Numbered from the stretch's first letter, positions 26,357 through 35,759 are shown. The stretch is 64,000 nt of DNA from an uncultured Gammaproteobacteria bacterium (GCA_964560005.1 CAZLKB010000001.1:157216-221215); one strand, 5' to 3'. The notes: a model not told the origin generated them from the letters alone. Made by a program: numbers and translations.

Positions 26357-26743
26357 TTATTTATCTTTTACTGTTTTTTTAATATCTTCCACCCCGGCCG
26401 GCATAATGCATTTGCCGTTGAAAGCTGCACCTCGCTCAATAGAAAGGCTGGCGGCTTCAATATCGCCAAAAATTTTGGCCGCCGCGGTAATTTCTAAAAA
26501 ACCTTTAATTTTAATATTGCCATTTATTTGGCCGCCGATTTTAGCTTCTCTGGCTTCTACATTAGCAGTAACTCTGGCTTTTTCTCCTACCTCCAGGCTG
26601 CCGGCGGTTTTTAGATTACCGTCGACCATGCCTTCAACTATAATATTGCCTTGAGCATTAAAATCCCCCTTTACCTTGACCGATGGTCCAATCACGGTTT
26701 CAAATTCGCTTGTTGCCCCTCCTTGATTTGGCTTGTTAAACAT
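26357..26743 (-). CDS. Bactofilin (polymer-forming cytoskeletal protein)
   Basis: Repetitive beta-helix pattern: IGPSVKVKGDFNAQGNIIVEGMVDGNL...VTANVEAREAKIGGQINGNIKIKG. Confidence 0.8.
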   Translation of the reverse strand: MFNKPNQGGATSEFETVIGPSVKVKGDFNAQGNIIVEGMVDGNLKTAGSLEVGEKARVTANVEAREAKIGGQINGNIKIKGFLEITAAAKIFGDIEAASLSIERGAAFNGKCIMPAGVEDIKKTVKDK

Positions 26744-27047
26744 AGAATATATAAGATTATTGTTAAATCGCTAAAAATTTATAATTAACTCGCGAAACTT
26801 AGCTATATTTATTCTAGGCGAGTCTTCGGGGTTTGTCAAAATAAAATAATTAAGATATTATAAATAGATGCAAATTAAATGCCGATTGCTGGGGTATATT
26901 TGTAATTAAATTTGCGGCTTGTTTAGCAGGCGACCTAAGAGCTTAGGAGTGGGTTGTTTGCTGAATTATTGGCCTTGCCGGCGCAAATCAGTGGTATTAA
27001 TTATTAGAACAGTTAAATTCGGCCATGGGGTCTAATATAAGATAATG

Positions 27048-27122
27048 CCCTCGTAGTTCAGTGGATAGAACAAGGGACTCCTAAGCCCTAGACAGAAGTT
27101 CGATTCTTCTCGAGGGCACCAT
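27048..27122 (+). tRNA. tRNA-Arg (anticodon CCT), CCA encoded
   Basis: gccctcg...cgagggcacca; anticodon loop ctCCTaa. Confidence 0.8.
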
Positions 27123-27233
27123 TAAATTTACGCTAATATTAAATAAAATAGTTAAATTCTGGCTAATATTAAATAAAATATTTTGGCTAAGGTTAGAAAT
27201 AATCTTGTTCTATAGGGAACATTGAAAATAATT

Positions 27234-27306
27234 GGGCCGTTAGCGCAGTTGGTAGCGCGCTTCCATGGCATGGAAGAGGTCACCGGTTCAAATCCGGTAC
27301 GGTCCA
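27234..27306 (+). tRNA. tRNA-Ala (anticodon GGC)
   Basis: Acceptor gggccgt/acggtcc with the G3:U70 identity pair; anticodon loop atGGCat. Confidence 0.85.
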
Positions 27307-27410
27307 CATAGTATTAAAATTTAATTAAGAAATTGTGCTAGCAGGTCAATTTAACAAAGACCATAAAAATTAACTCGCACAAATAATATCGTTCTATATA
27401 AAACAAACAT

Positions 27411-27725
27411 ATGATATTAAACAAAGACAATTTTAAGCAAGAAGTTGAGAATAGTGTTGGTTTAGTGTTGGTTGATTTTTTTGCAAATTGGTGCGGACCA
27501 TGCCAGATGATGCTACCGATAGTAGAGGAAATGATCAAAGAAAATAAAGACCAGAATGTTAAGATTGGCAAACTTAATATAGATGAAGCCCAAGATGTTG
27601 CTGTAAAATATAATGTAATGAGCATACCTACCTTTTTATTATTTAAAAGCGGTAAAGAGGTGAGTCGGATACAGGGTTATTGCGCCAAAGAAGATTTACT
27701 ACAATTGATTGAAAAGTACAAATAA
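27411..27725 (+). CDS. trxA: Thioredoxin
   Basis: WCGPC active site in FFANWCGPCQMM. Confidence 0.9.
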   Translation: MILNKDNFKQEVENSVGLVLVDFFANWCGPCQMMLPIVEEMIKENKDQNVKIGKLNIDEAQDVAVKYNVMSIPTFLLFKSGKEVSRIQGYCAKEDLLQLIEKYK

Positions 27726-27797
27726 GTTAAGTCTACAATATCGTGGACTTAACTTATTTTTATTTTAGTGGATAAGTCCACAAGAATGTGGACTTTA
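27721..27797 (+). terminator. Two AAGTC[CT]AC-type hairpins after trxA (probable terminators; same family as 7671-7842)
   Basis: aataagttaagtctac-aatatc-gtggacttaacttatt (16 bp, one G.U on the + strand) then taagtccaca-agaa-tgtggacttt followed by a T-run. Confidence 0.6.
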
Positions 27798-27912
27798 CTT
27801 TTTAAGTTATTTAATTTTAGCCAAAATAGTTTAGGGTAAGAATTGGGGATAAAATAAGGTGAAAACCAAAAGAAATTAGATTCAGATTATTTATAATAAC
27901 TATAAAAATTTT

Positions 27913-28821
27913 ATGTTTGATACAATAATTATTGGCGCAGGACCCACAGGCTTAACCGCAGCTATTTATGCTTCCAGACGAATGATGAAGACATTGGTTA
28001 TAACCAAGAATATTGGCGGCCAGATTATCTGGACATCAGATATTGAGAATTACCCCGGTATCAAGTCAACCAAGGGGCCGAATTTAGCTAATATTATGCA
28101 AGAACAAGCAAAAAGTTTTGGCGTAGAAATCAAGATTGATGAAGTAAAAAAAATTACTCAAAAAGGTAATGGTGATTTTACGGTTGAAACCGATAAGATA
28201 AAATATGAGGCAAAAACCGTAATTATTGCTATGGGATTGGCGCCGAAATCTTTGGATTTAACCAACGAGAAAAAATTAATCGGCAAGGGGATCAGCTATT
28301 GCGCTAATTGCGATGGGTTGTTCTTTAAAGGAAAAACCGTGGCCGTAGTGGGAGGCGGCAACGCGGCTTTAGACGCGGCTCGGGTTATGTCGAAAATAGC
28401 CAGCCAAGTATATTTGATATATAGAAAATCTGAATTAAAAGGTTTTGAGATTATGGCTGCCAGGGTTAAGGAGCAAAAAAACATTGAAATTATGTTAAAT
28501 AGTGAAATTACGGAAATTTTAGGAGAAAATAAGCTAGAAAAGATTAAAGTAATCAGTAAAATTGATAAGGCGGTTAGAGAATTAAATGTAGCCGGTTTAT
28601 TCGTGGAGATTGGCCATGAAGCCAGAACTGATTTGGTGGCGGATTTAGTTAAAAGGGATAGTAAAGGGCAGGTTCTTGTGGACTTAAGTGGCAAAACCAG
28701 CCTTAACGGCATGTTCGCGGCCGGGGATGTAACGCAAAGCGAATTTAAGCAAATTGTGGTTGGCTGCGGCCAGGGCGCGGTGGCGGCTCTATCGGCTTAT
28801 AAGTATTTGCAAGAAAAATAA
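27913..28821 (+). CDS. trxB: Thioredoxin-disulfide reductase
   Basis: IIGAGPTGLTAA FAD motif, redox CANCDG, VVGGGNAALD NADPH motif, C-terminal GDV. Confidence 0.9.
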   Translation: MFDTIIIGAGPTGLTAAIYASRRMMKTLVITKNIGGQIIWTSDIENYPGIKSTKGPNLANIMQEQAKSFGVEIKIDEVKKITQKGNGDFTVETDKIKYEAKTVIIAMGLAPKSLDLTNEKKLIGKGISYCANCDGLFFKGKTVAVVGGGNAALDAARVMSKIASQVYLIYRKSELKGFEIMAARVKEQKNIEIMLNSEITEILGENKLEKIKVISKIDKAVRELNVAGLFVEIGHEARTDLVADLVKRDSKGQVLVDLSGKTSLNGMFAAGDVTQSEFKQIVVGCGQGAVAALSAYKYLQEK

Positions 28822-28824
28822 GAT

Positions 28825-29439
28825 ATGCTTATGCTGGATTTGGCTGAAGAGAAAAAAATATTTTGCCGTAATTATGATATAATCGGTGGTTTGGATGAAG
28901 CCGGGCGCGGACCATTGGCCGGACCGGTGGTCGCGGCTTGTGTAATGATTAAGGCTAATTTTAGCATAAATAATGAGATTTCAGAGATCAATGATTCAAA
29001 AAAATTAACCGCAGAAAAAAGAGAATTATTATTTGAACTAATAAAAAAGCATTTCATTGAGGTCGGCGTCGGCATCTGCGATCATCAAACGATTGATCGG
29101 ATAAATATTTTACAGGCTACTTTTTTGGCCATGAAAAAAGCCATTAGTTCTATAAAAAATAAACCGCGGTTTTTGCTGGTTGATGGGTCAATAAAGATAC
29201 CTAATTGCTCAATACCTCAAGAAACCTTTGTCCGCGGCGATGGGAGAATTTTTACCATTGCCGCGGCTTCAATTATCGCCAAAGTAACCAGAGACAGAAT
29301 TATGCTAGAAATGGATAAATTATATCCTGATTATGGCTTTAAGGAGCATAAGGGCTACGGCACTAAACAACATTTGGAAAAATTAAAGCAATACGGCCCT
29401 TGCGCGATTCATCGTTTGAGCTTCAATCGGGTTAAATAG
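28825..29439 (+). CDS. rnhB: Ribonuclease HII
   Basis: GLDEAGRGPLAGPVV and DSKKL motifs. Confidence 0.9.
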   Translation: MLMLDLAEEKKIFCRNYDIIGGLDEAGRGPLAGPVVAACVMIKANFSINNEISEINDSKKLTAEKRELLFELIKKHFIEVGVGICDHQTIDRINILQATFLAMKKAISSIKNKPRFLLVDGSIKIPNCSIPQETFVRGDGRIFTIAAASIIAKVTRDRIMLEMDKLYPDYGFKEHKGYGTKQHLEKLKQYGPCAIHRLSFNRVK

Positions 29440-29554
29440 TTTTTGGGGCAATAGTAAATTATTAGCAAGGCAAAAAACCAAGCCACCCCTTTTTAAAAAC
29501 TTGTTAAAAAGTAAAAAGTATTTTATAATTAGCTTGCGGTATTAATTTTATTAT

Positions 29555-30109
29555 ATGTTAGAACCAATAGGGGGAAGTTCCCTGGTTAATGTAAGTTTAA
29601 TTTTAAGCAAGGCTCAAGTTAAAGAAAAGACCAAGGTAGCTGATTTGGGTTGCGGCTCATCTGGGCATTTTATTTTTCCTTCGGCAAAATTAGTAGGAAA
29701 AAACGGAATGGTGTACGCGGTTGATATATTAAGAACCGTTTTAGAAACCGTTAAGAGGCGCGCGCGTGCTGAAAATTTGCCTAATATTAAAATAATTTGG
29801 AGTAATCTGGAAGTCTTCGGCGCTACGGCTATAGAGGCCGGCAGCCTGGATGTTGCCATGCTGATTAATACTCTATATCAATCGCATAAACGGTCGGAGA
29901 TTTTGAGAGAGTCGATCAGACTGTTAAAGAAGAATGGCAGGTTGGTTATTGTGGAGTGGAAAGATGTAGCGGCGCCGTTCGGACCTCCGCCGGAGGAAAG
30001 GGTTAATAAGGAATTAATTGACAATAGCGTTAAAAAGTACGGTTTGCGTCCTGATGAAGAATTTGAAGCCGGACAATATCATTATGGCTTAATTTATATT
30101 AAGCTATGA
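29555..30109 (+). CDS. Class I SAM-dependent methyltransferase
   Basis: VADLGCGSSGH (motif I), GRLVIVEW; ends in TGA. Confidence 0.65.
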   Translation: MLEPIGGSSLVNVSLILSKAQVKEKTKVADLGCGSSGHFIFPSAKLVGKNGMVYAVDILRTVLETVKRRARAENLPNIKIIWSNLEVFGATAIEAGSLDVAMLINTLYQSHKRSEILRESIRLLKKNGRLVIVEWKDVAAPFGPPPEERVNKELIDNSVKKYGLRPDEEFEAGQYHYGLIYIKL

Positions 30110-30117
30110 AGTGAAGT

Positions 30118-30275
30118 TGAGGCAAAGATATTAGTTTATCCACCCGCTTTCGCGAGTGCTAAAGGCCGGCAAAATTTGTGTATTTTTTCTTAAAATTATA
30201 TTATATTGGGTCTGGATAATTTTAAGAAAAAATAATACAATTTTGCATGCGCTCTAAACTAATATCTTTGCCTCA
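30118..30275. repeat. Foldback element family, copy B
   Basis: Perfect 21-bp outer stem tgaggcaaagatattagttta/taaactaatatctttgcctca; apical attgggtctggataatttta (30205-30224); acaattttgcatgc (30237-30250). Confidence 0.75.
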
Positions 30276-30300
30276 GATTAAAAAAAATAATTAATAAGAT

Positions 30301-30690
30301 ATGGGTAATTTTTTAACTTTAAATTTTTGGTTTAATCTTAGGCCTAATGTTTTTTTGGCCTCTTCTTTTAAAATTATTTTAGGTTTTATTCTTTTCTTTA
30401 TAGTTTTAGCGATTATCTCCGCTATCGGTAAGAAAAGATGGGCTAAAGGCCTGTACGCGGTATTGTGGAATAACTTATATTATTTCTTCTTAACCAATGC
30501 TATCATCGGGCTGGTATTAACTTTTTTTAGTTACGAAACGGTTCCTTTTTTGTCGGCGCGTTTTTGGTTTTTACTTTGGGTTTTGAGCATGGCGGTTTGG
30601 CTGGTTTTTATTTATAGGCTGATGGCAAAAATACCAAAAAAGAAAGCGCAGTTGGAAAAAGAAAAAGAATTTAAAAAATATATACCATAA
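30301..30690 (+). CDS. Hypothetical 4-TM membrane protein
   Basis: 129 aa, hydrophobic segments, Lys-rich tail; no recognisable motif. Confidence 0.4.
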   Translation: MGNFLTLNFWFNLRPNVFLASSFKIILGFILFFIVLAIISAIGKKRWAKGLYAVLWNNLYYFFLTNAIIGLVLTFFSYETVPFLSARFWFLLWVLSMAVWLVFIYRLMAKIPKKKAQLEKEKEFKKYIP

Positions 30691-30756
30691 TAAATTTAGC
30701 CAAGACTATTACAGTTAACCAGTAAGATAATGGGTTTTTCAGCCCATTTATTTTTT

Positions 30757-31116
30757 ATGAGCCATAATCAAGAAATCGGAAAATTCGGTGAGACCTTAGC
30801 TAAAAATTACTTAATTAGGCATGGCTATAAGGTGATTGATGCCAATATTAAGCTTAGTTATCAGGAGCTTGATTTAGTGGCGTTAAAACATGGGCTGACT
30901 GTTTTTATTGAAGTAAAAACCAGAATCAGCCAATATTATGGTTCGGCTGAAGAGGCTTTCGGTTTTAGTAAATCCGAACGGTTTAGGCGGGGGATTGAGA
31001 TGTTTATTAAAAATAAAAGAATTTCTGCGGACGATATCAGGGCGGATCTTATCACGGTGGATATCAATACTTTAAAAAAAACGGCAAAAATTAAGCATTT
31101 TAAAGATATTATTTAA
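30757..31116 (+). CDS. YraN-family (UPF0102) endonuclease-like protein
   Basis: GKFGETLAKNYLIRHGYKVIDAN......ELDLVA....LVFIEVKTR; start moved to MSHNQEIG. Confidence 0.75.
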   Translation: MSHNQEIGKFGETLAKNYLIRHGYKVIDANIKLSYQELDLVALKHGLTVFIEVKTRISQYYGSAEEAFGFSKSERFRRGIEMFIKNKRISADDIRADLITVDINTLKKTAKIKHFKDII

Positions 31117-31367
31117 CGGCCTAATTTTATCCCCCGTTTTTACACCGCTTTATTAACAAGTTGTTCCAGGTATATCAATATTTTATAAACCCATTATACA
31201 CTTGACGCCTTTTCAAGTTAACAGCTAGACTAAAGTTACTGCAAATATAGCAGTAATTTTTAAAAAGTTTTCTTGTAGGGCTCGTGGGAAAAATCGGCTT
31301 GCTTGATTTAACCCCTTTAGCCCTACTAAAGAAAAATTAATTCACCAGGAGGCGCTAAGCTTATCAC

Positions 31368-32891
31368 ATGTCTAAAGGGATAAAGAATTTATTAAGCATC
31401 GTCTTGGTTTTATTTTTCATCGTATTTTTTTCAGCCCAAGCCAAAGCCGAAGTTGAGGCGCCGAAAATAATTAAACTAACCGCGCAAAATTTTCTTTCGT
31501 TAAACGGTACGTCTCCGGTTAACAGTGAAGTTCTAATTTATCTTGATGGCAGTTTGATCGGCCAAGCCGAAGCTTCGGCTCTGGATCAGACTACCGCAGG
31601 CTTAGCTTGCCCGGTTTCAGCTGATTCGGCGGCTTTCTGTCGGTCGAGTTGGCATTTCCAATATAATCCAAACCCGAGATTTTCCGATGGCACTCATTCG
31701 GTTATGGCGGTAGCCAAAGATAAAACTTCTTTAGTTTTGTCGGCGCCGACCGAGGAAATAAAATTCGCGATTAATGCCGTGCCGGCGCCGACCCTGATCG
31801 CGCCCAACGAAAAAACCGTTACGGCCGACCCGCGGCCATTGATAGTCGGGCTGACCAGGGACAATACTTTAGTAAAGATTTTTATAGATGGCGTTTTGAA
31901 TGGCGAAACCGTCAGATTAAGAGATGATAGCGGAACGGCAGATTTTTCTTTAAGACCACCTCAGAATTTAAGCCGCGGTTTTCATAAAATCAGCGCGGTC
32001 GCGGAGGATGACGCCGGGCTGTCCAGTTCCGAGTCAGAGGTTTTAACTTTTAAGATTGAGCTGCCTTTCCCGGCGCCAACGATTTTCAACCCTGTAATCA
32101 ATCAGGATACTTCCTTAAGCCGTCCTTTTATAGTCGGTTTGGCAAAAAACGATTCTAAAATCAAGGTCTATATAGATGAAAAATATAACGGTGAATTAAC
32201 GGTAAAAAACCACTCTAGCGGTACGGCGAATTTCGCCTATAAGCCTAAAGCGGCTTTAGCCAGGGGCGTTCATAAGGTTTATACCGTGGCGGTAGACAAG
32301 CGCGGCAAGGCCAGTATTCAATCAAATCAAGTAAGTTTTTCCACTAAAAATGCCGCTATTTCAGAATCAGTTCAAGAAGAAAGAAAAGATGTGGTGGTAA
32401 ATATAAGAGAGCCGGAACAGTCTACGATAATTGAGCCGAATTCCATAATTATTTCCAGCAGTTCGGGCGCGGTGGTACAAGAGTCCGGCGAAGAGATAGC
32501 CGGGGAAGTCAAGCAACCGGCGCCGGCAGAATTAAAAACCGAGTCAATTAATGATAACGATCTGACCGAGAAACAAGACGCCATTAAACGGTTATTGGCG
32601 GATCAAGAAAAGGCAGCCTCGGAAAAAGTAAGCGGTTTAATCGGCGAGGACCGGGCGAATTCCGAAAACGATGGAGGCATGGTTAATGAAGACAAGCAGA
32701 ATCAGGGTAGGCTTAAACTAAGTGTTATTTTATTTATTTTATTTTTAGTCGGCGTAGTTGCTTGGCTGTTATGGGTTAATCGGGAATTGGTTAAGGAGAG
32801 GCGGGCGCAAAATGAAGCCGAGGAAAAGGCTAAAGATAATAAAAATACTACGCCAACTCCAGGCGGAGAACAAAAGGATAAATTATTATAA
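31368..32891 (+). CDS. Surface protein with three Ig-like repeats, acidic linker and C-terminal TM anchor
   Basis: Signal peptide; ~95-aa repeats (..P.IVGL...(D/N)..(V/I)K(I/V)(F/Y)IDG/E...G.....SGTA(D/N)F...P...L.RG.HK(I/V)..VA.D..G..S); C-terminal LSVILFILFLVGVVAWLLWV. Confidence 0.6.
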   Translation: MSKGIKNLLSIVLVLFFIVFFSAQAKAEVEAPKIIKLTAQNFLSLNGTSPVNSEVLIYLDGSLIGQAEASALDQTTAGLACPVSADSAAFCRSSWHFQYNPNPRFSDGTHSVMAVAKDKTSLVLSAPTEEIKFAINAVPAPTLIAPNEKTVTADPRPLIVGLTRDNTLVKIFIDGVLNGETVRLRDDSGTADFSLRPPQNLSRGFHKISAVAEDDAGLSSSESEVLTFKIELPFPAPTIFNPVINQDTSLSRPFIVGLAKNDSKIKVYIDEKYNGELTVKNHSSGTANFAYKPKAALARGVHKVYTVAVDKRGKASIQSNQVSFSTKNAAISESVQEERKDVVVNIREPEQSTIIEPNSIIISSSSGAVVQESGEEIAGEVKQPAPAELKTESINDNDLTEKQDAIKRLLADQEKAASEKVSGLIGEDRANSENDGGMVNEDKQNQGRLKLSVILFILFLVGVVAWLLWVNRELVKERRAQNEAEEKAKDNKNTTPTPGGEQKDKLL

Positions 32892-32983
32892 TATAATAGA
32901 CAGATTGTGCTGGTCATAGTCGTAGAGTCTTGGCTAAATTTATAAGTAGATATTATAGATAGTTCCCAGAACGGGCCCCTTCT

Positions 32984-33025
32984 GCGCCCCTCGCCACATA
33001 GTGGCGAGGGGCGCTGCCTTTTTAT
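32984..33025 (+). terminator. Strong rho-independent terminator
   Basis: gcgcccctcgccac-ata-gtggcgaggggcgc then ctgcctttttatt; preceded by the 16-mer cccagaacgggcccct, also found at 7236-7251. Confidence 0.8.
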
Positions 33026-33127
33026 TATTGTTTATTCGGTCTGGTTTTTTTATATTTTTGTGTTATTATGAATATGCAGTTTCAGCTGCGGCTAAATCAA
33101 GAAAAAAATTCAAAACCGGAGGTAATA

Positions 33128-33310
33128 ATGAAAATATCAGCTGGTTTGGTTTCAGTCGCCGTCTTTTATCTAGCAGCGCTTGCGGTAAAGCTCTTTATCA
33201 AACACGACATGCCTGTCTTTTTTGCCTTCTTTTGGGCGACCATACTGTCAGGCATGGCCCTGTCCGGCATTAAATGGTCCGGCAAGCATAGTCAGCGCAA
33301 GGCTTCGTAG
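33128..33310 (+). CDS. Hypothetical small 2-TM membrane protein
   Basis: GGAGGT 7 nt upstream of ATG; MKISAGLVSVAVFYLAALAV...FFAFFWATILSGMAL. Confidence 0.45.
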   Translation: MKISAGLVSVAVFYLAALAVKLFIKHDMPVFFAFFWATILSGMALSGIKWSGKHSQRKAS

Positions 33311-33485
33311 AAAACGAGGCCTCTTTTTTTAAAAATATTCACAACTTGACAAAAATATTAGGTATGGTATAATTTAGATAGTTGTCTAAATATCTAACTA
33401 TACGAATTACGAATTTTGTACGAATTTACAAAAAAATAATATGAATTGTACCAGTAAGCCATAAAGTTTTTGTTAAATTTATTAT

Positions 33486-33755
33486 ATGACACTAAATATA
33501 ACCTTGCAGGCTTTATCCGATCCGACCAGGCGTAAAATTCTGGAGCTTTTGAAAAAGAAAGATTTGGCGGCCGGTGAAATCGCCAAGAATTTTGCTATAA
33601 CCCTGCCTTCGCTGTCGCACCATTTAAATGTTTTAAAGCAAGCTGATTTGGTAACCAGCCAAAGGCAGGGCCAGGAGATAATTTATTCGTTGAATTTAAG
33701 CGTGTTTGAGGAAATCGCGGAAAAACTGGTAAAATTTTTTAAAAATAAATCATAG
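33486..33755 (+). CDS. ArsR/SmtB-family transcriptional regulator (SdpR-like)
   Basis: LSDPTRRKILELL....L.AGEIA..F.ITLPSLSHHLNVLKQADLV winged-HTH pattern. Confidence 0.85.
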   Translation: MTLNITLQALSDPTRRKILELLKKKDLAAGEIAKNFAITLPSLSHHLNVLKQADLVTSQRQGQEIIYSLNLSVFEEIAEKLVKFFKNKS

Positions 33756-33764
33756 CGGTTATTA

Positions 33765-33955
33765 TTAAGGGCAGTTGCTTAAAATTATAAATTTTTTCAC
33801 TGCGGAACTCGCCCACACCATTTTTTATGTTCCCTTTGAAAAGTATTTCTAAAGCTAAAGGATGAAAATAATAATAACCTGGGACATGGGACAAAAATGG
33901 TGGGGGCTCGAACAATCCTCGTTTCAAAAATTTATAATTATAAGCAACTGCCTAA
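33765..33955. repeat. Locus-specific foldback inserted between the SdpR-like and SdpI-like genes
   Basis: ttaagggcagttgcttaaaattataaattttt ... aaaaatttataattataagcaactgcctaa with a ~130-nt partly GC-rich interior. Confidence 0.7.
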
Positions 33956-33971
33956 TGTAAACCTTAAACTT

Positions 33972-34646
33972 ATGTCTAATCCAATCAAGTCAACCATAAA
34001 AACCGAATTTATTCCTTTGGCCTTAATTATTTTAATGGCCGTATCAGCTGTTTATTTCTATAATAATTTGCCGGCTCGCGTAGCTACGCACTGGAATATC
34101 GCCGGCCAGGTTGACGGCTACGGTTCGGGTCAAGCGCAGGCATTGGCTTTGCCCTTAGTGGCCGTTGGCATGTATCTATTGTTCCTATTACTGCCTTATT
34201 TAGACCCGAAGAAGGATCGTTATGAGCAATTCAGCAAGGTTTATCACACCTTTAAGGCTATAATTTTGGCTTTATTGACTGTGATTTATTTTATTATCGC
34301 CTTAAACGGTTTGGGTTATAATTTGCCGGTAGGCATAATCATGCCCGGATTAATCGGCCTGTTATTTATTATCATCATAGGGAACTATATGGGCAAGATA
34401 AAAATGAATTGGTTTATGGGAATACGCACGCCCTGGACTTTGTCCAGCGAAAATGTTTGGAATAAAACCCATCGTTTTGGCGGCAAGATGTTTATTCTGG
34501 CCGGCTTGCTGATGATTGCGGAAATCGTTTTACCGATAAGCTGGAAATTACCGATTTTCATAATTATGATGGTTATGCTATTGTTCGGAACAATAGGCTA
34601 TTCTTATATTGTGTATTTACAGGAGAAGAGAAATAAGGGTTTATAA
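33972..34646 (+). CDS. SdpI/YhfL-family membrane protein (DUF1648 + SdpI domains)
   Basis: LPARVATHWNIAGQVDGYGS, then GNYMGKIKMNWFMGIRTPWTLSSENVWNKTHRFGGK; start moved to MSNPIKST. Confidence 0.75.
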   Translation: MSNPIKSTIKTEFIPLALIILMAVSAVYFYNNLPARVATHWNIAGQVDGYGSGQAQALALPLVAVGMYLLFLLLPYLDPKKDRYEQFSKVYHTFKAIILALLTVIYFIIALNGLGYNLPVGIIMPGLIGLLFIIIIGNYMGKIKMNWFMGIRTPWTLSSENVWNKTHRFGGKMFILAGLLMIAEIVLPISWKLPIFIIMMVMLLFGTIGYSYIVYLQEKRNKGL

Positions 34647-34687
34647 AGTTTGTAAAGTTTAATTATTTTGATAACTTTGAAAATGAA

Positions 34688-34831
34688 GCAGTCTGACAGG
34701 AGAATTAATTTTTCGCTTAGACAAAATTTGGGTGTTTTTTATTAAAATTAAAATAAATTGGGTCTGGATAATTTTAATAAAAAACACTACAATTTTGCAT
34801 GCGCAAAAAATTAATTCTCCTGTCAGACTGC
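34688..34831. repeat. Foldback element family, copy C
   Basis: Perfect 26-bp outer stem gcagtctgacaggagaattaattttt/aaaaattaattctcctgtcagactgc; apical attgggtctggataatttta (34757-34776); acaattttgcatgc (34789-34802). Confidence 0.75.
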
Positions 34832-34851
34832 TCGAGTTTATATAAAAAAAT

Positions 34852-35640
34852 ATGTCTATAAAAATAGAAAGTTTGGCTAATGAAAAAATTAAAAATATAG
34901 TTAAACTGCGAGAATCAAGCCGCGAGCGGAAAGCGCAGGGGCTATTTTTAATTGAGGGGCATAGGGAAATAACTCTGGCTCAACAGGGCGGCGTCGAACT
35001 GGAAAGTTTAATCTATTGCCCGGAATATATCAAAAGGGAAATGACGATTGATATTGACGAAGAAAAAATTTTCGAAGTTACGGAGAAAGTTTTTAATAAA
35101 ATTTCTTACCGGGAAAATCCGGACGGTCTTTTGGCAGTGGCGAAAATCAGGAAATTTGAGCTCGAAGATATTGAACTTAGCGCCGATCCTCTGATTATAG
35201 TTTTAGAAGCGGTGGAGAAACCCGGGAATTTAGGAGCAATTTTGCGAACGGCCGATGCCGCGGCAGTTGATATGGTGATCATCAATGATTCTAAAACCGA
35301 TATTTATAACCCCAATGTAATCCGGGCCAGCCAGGGCGCGGTTTTCACCATAAACGTGGTTTTAAGTACATTTGAGGAAACGTTGGATTTTTGCAAAAAA
35401 AATAAACTTAGAATTTTCGCCTCAACCCCCGAGGCAAAAATAAATTATACCGAGGCAGATTACGGGCCGGGCTGCGCCATAGTCATGGGCGCCGAGGACA
35501 AGGGATTAAGCCAGGCCTGGCTGATCGAGGCGGATGAAAAAATAAAAATTGGCATGAGAGGAAAGATTGACTCTTTGAACGTATCGGTTAGCGCGGCCAT
35601 AATTTTATTCGAGGCTTTAAGGCAACGAAAGATTGGGTAA
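34852..35640 (+). CDS. TrmH/SpoU-family RNA 2'-O-methyltransferase
   Basis: VEKPGNLGAILRTADAAAV, GAEDKGLS, IPM-like MRGKIDSLNVSVSAAIILFE. Confidence 0.85.
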   Translation: MSIKIESLANEKIKNIVKLRESSRERKAQGLFLIEGHREITLAQQGGVELESLIYCPEYIKREMTIDIDEEKIFEVTEKVFNKISYRENPDGLLAVAKIRKFELEDIELSADPLIIVLEAVEKPGNLGAILRTADAAAVDMVIINDSKTDIYNPNVIRASQGAVFTINVVLSTFEETLDFCKKNKLRIFASTPEAKINYTEADYGPGCAIVMGAEDKGLSQAWLIEADEKIKIGMRGKIDSLNVSVSAAIILFEALRQRKIG

Positions 35641-35759
35641 CAAGGACAGGGGGTTAGAAATAAAGCACAATTGACTTAGGTAAGGTTTTTTGTTAGGATA
35701 ATTTTATCTCGGTAAGAGATTTTTTGTTATAGAATTTATTATTACCCAACTAAACAGTT

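Noticed and set aside
27131-27181. Direct repeat gctaatattaaataaaata x2 downstream of tRNA-Arg, considered as an att site
   Set aside because: It has no similarity to the tRNA 3' end, and the repeats are only 32 nt apart. It is most simply a local AT-rich duplication.
30107-30109. Possibility of an alternative genetic code (UGA recoding, as in some CPR lineages)
   Set aside because: Conserved genes are full-length under the standard code. TGA terminates ORFs at sensible positions (for example 29555-30109), and Trp is encoded by TGG in conserved motifs (WCGPC, NWMTA).
33001-33273. 90-aa ORF starting MARGAAFLLLF
   Set aside because: It starts with GTG inside the 3' arm of the strong terminator hairpin 32984-33025. 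The overlapping frame with a GGAGG RBS (33128-33310) is more plausible.
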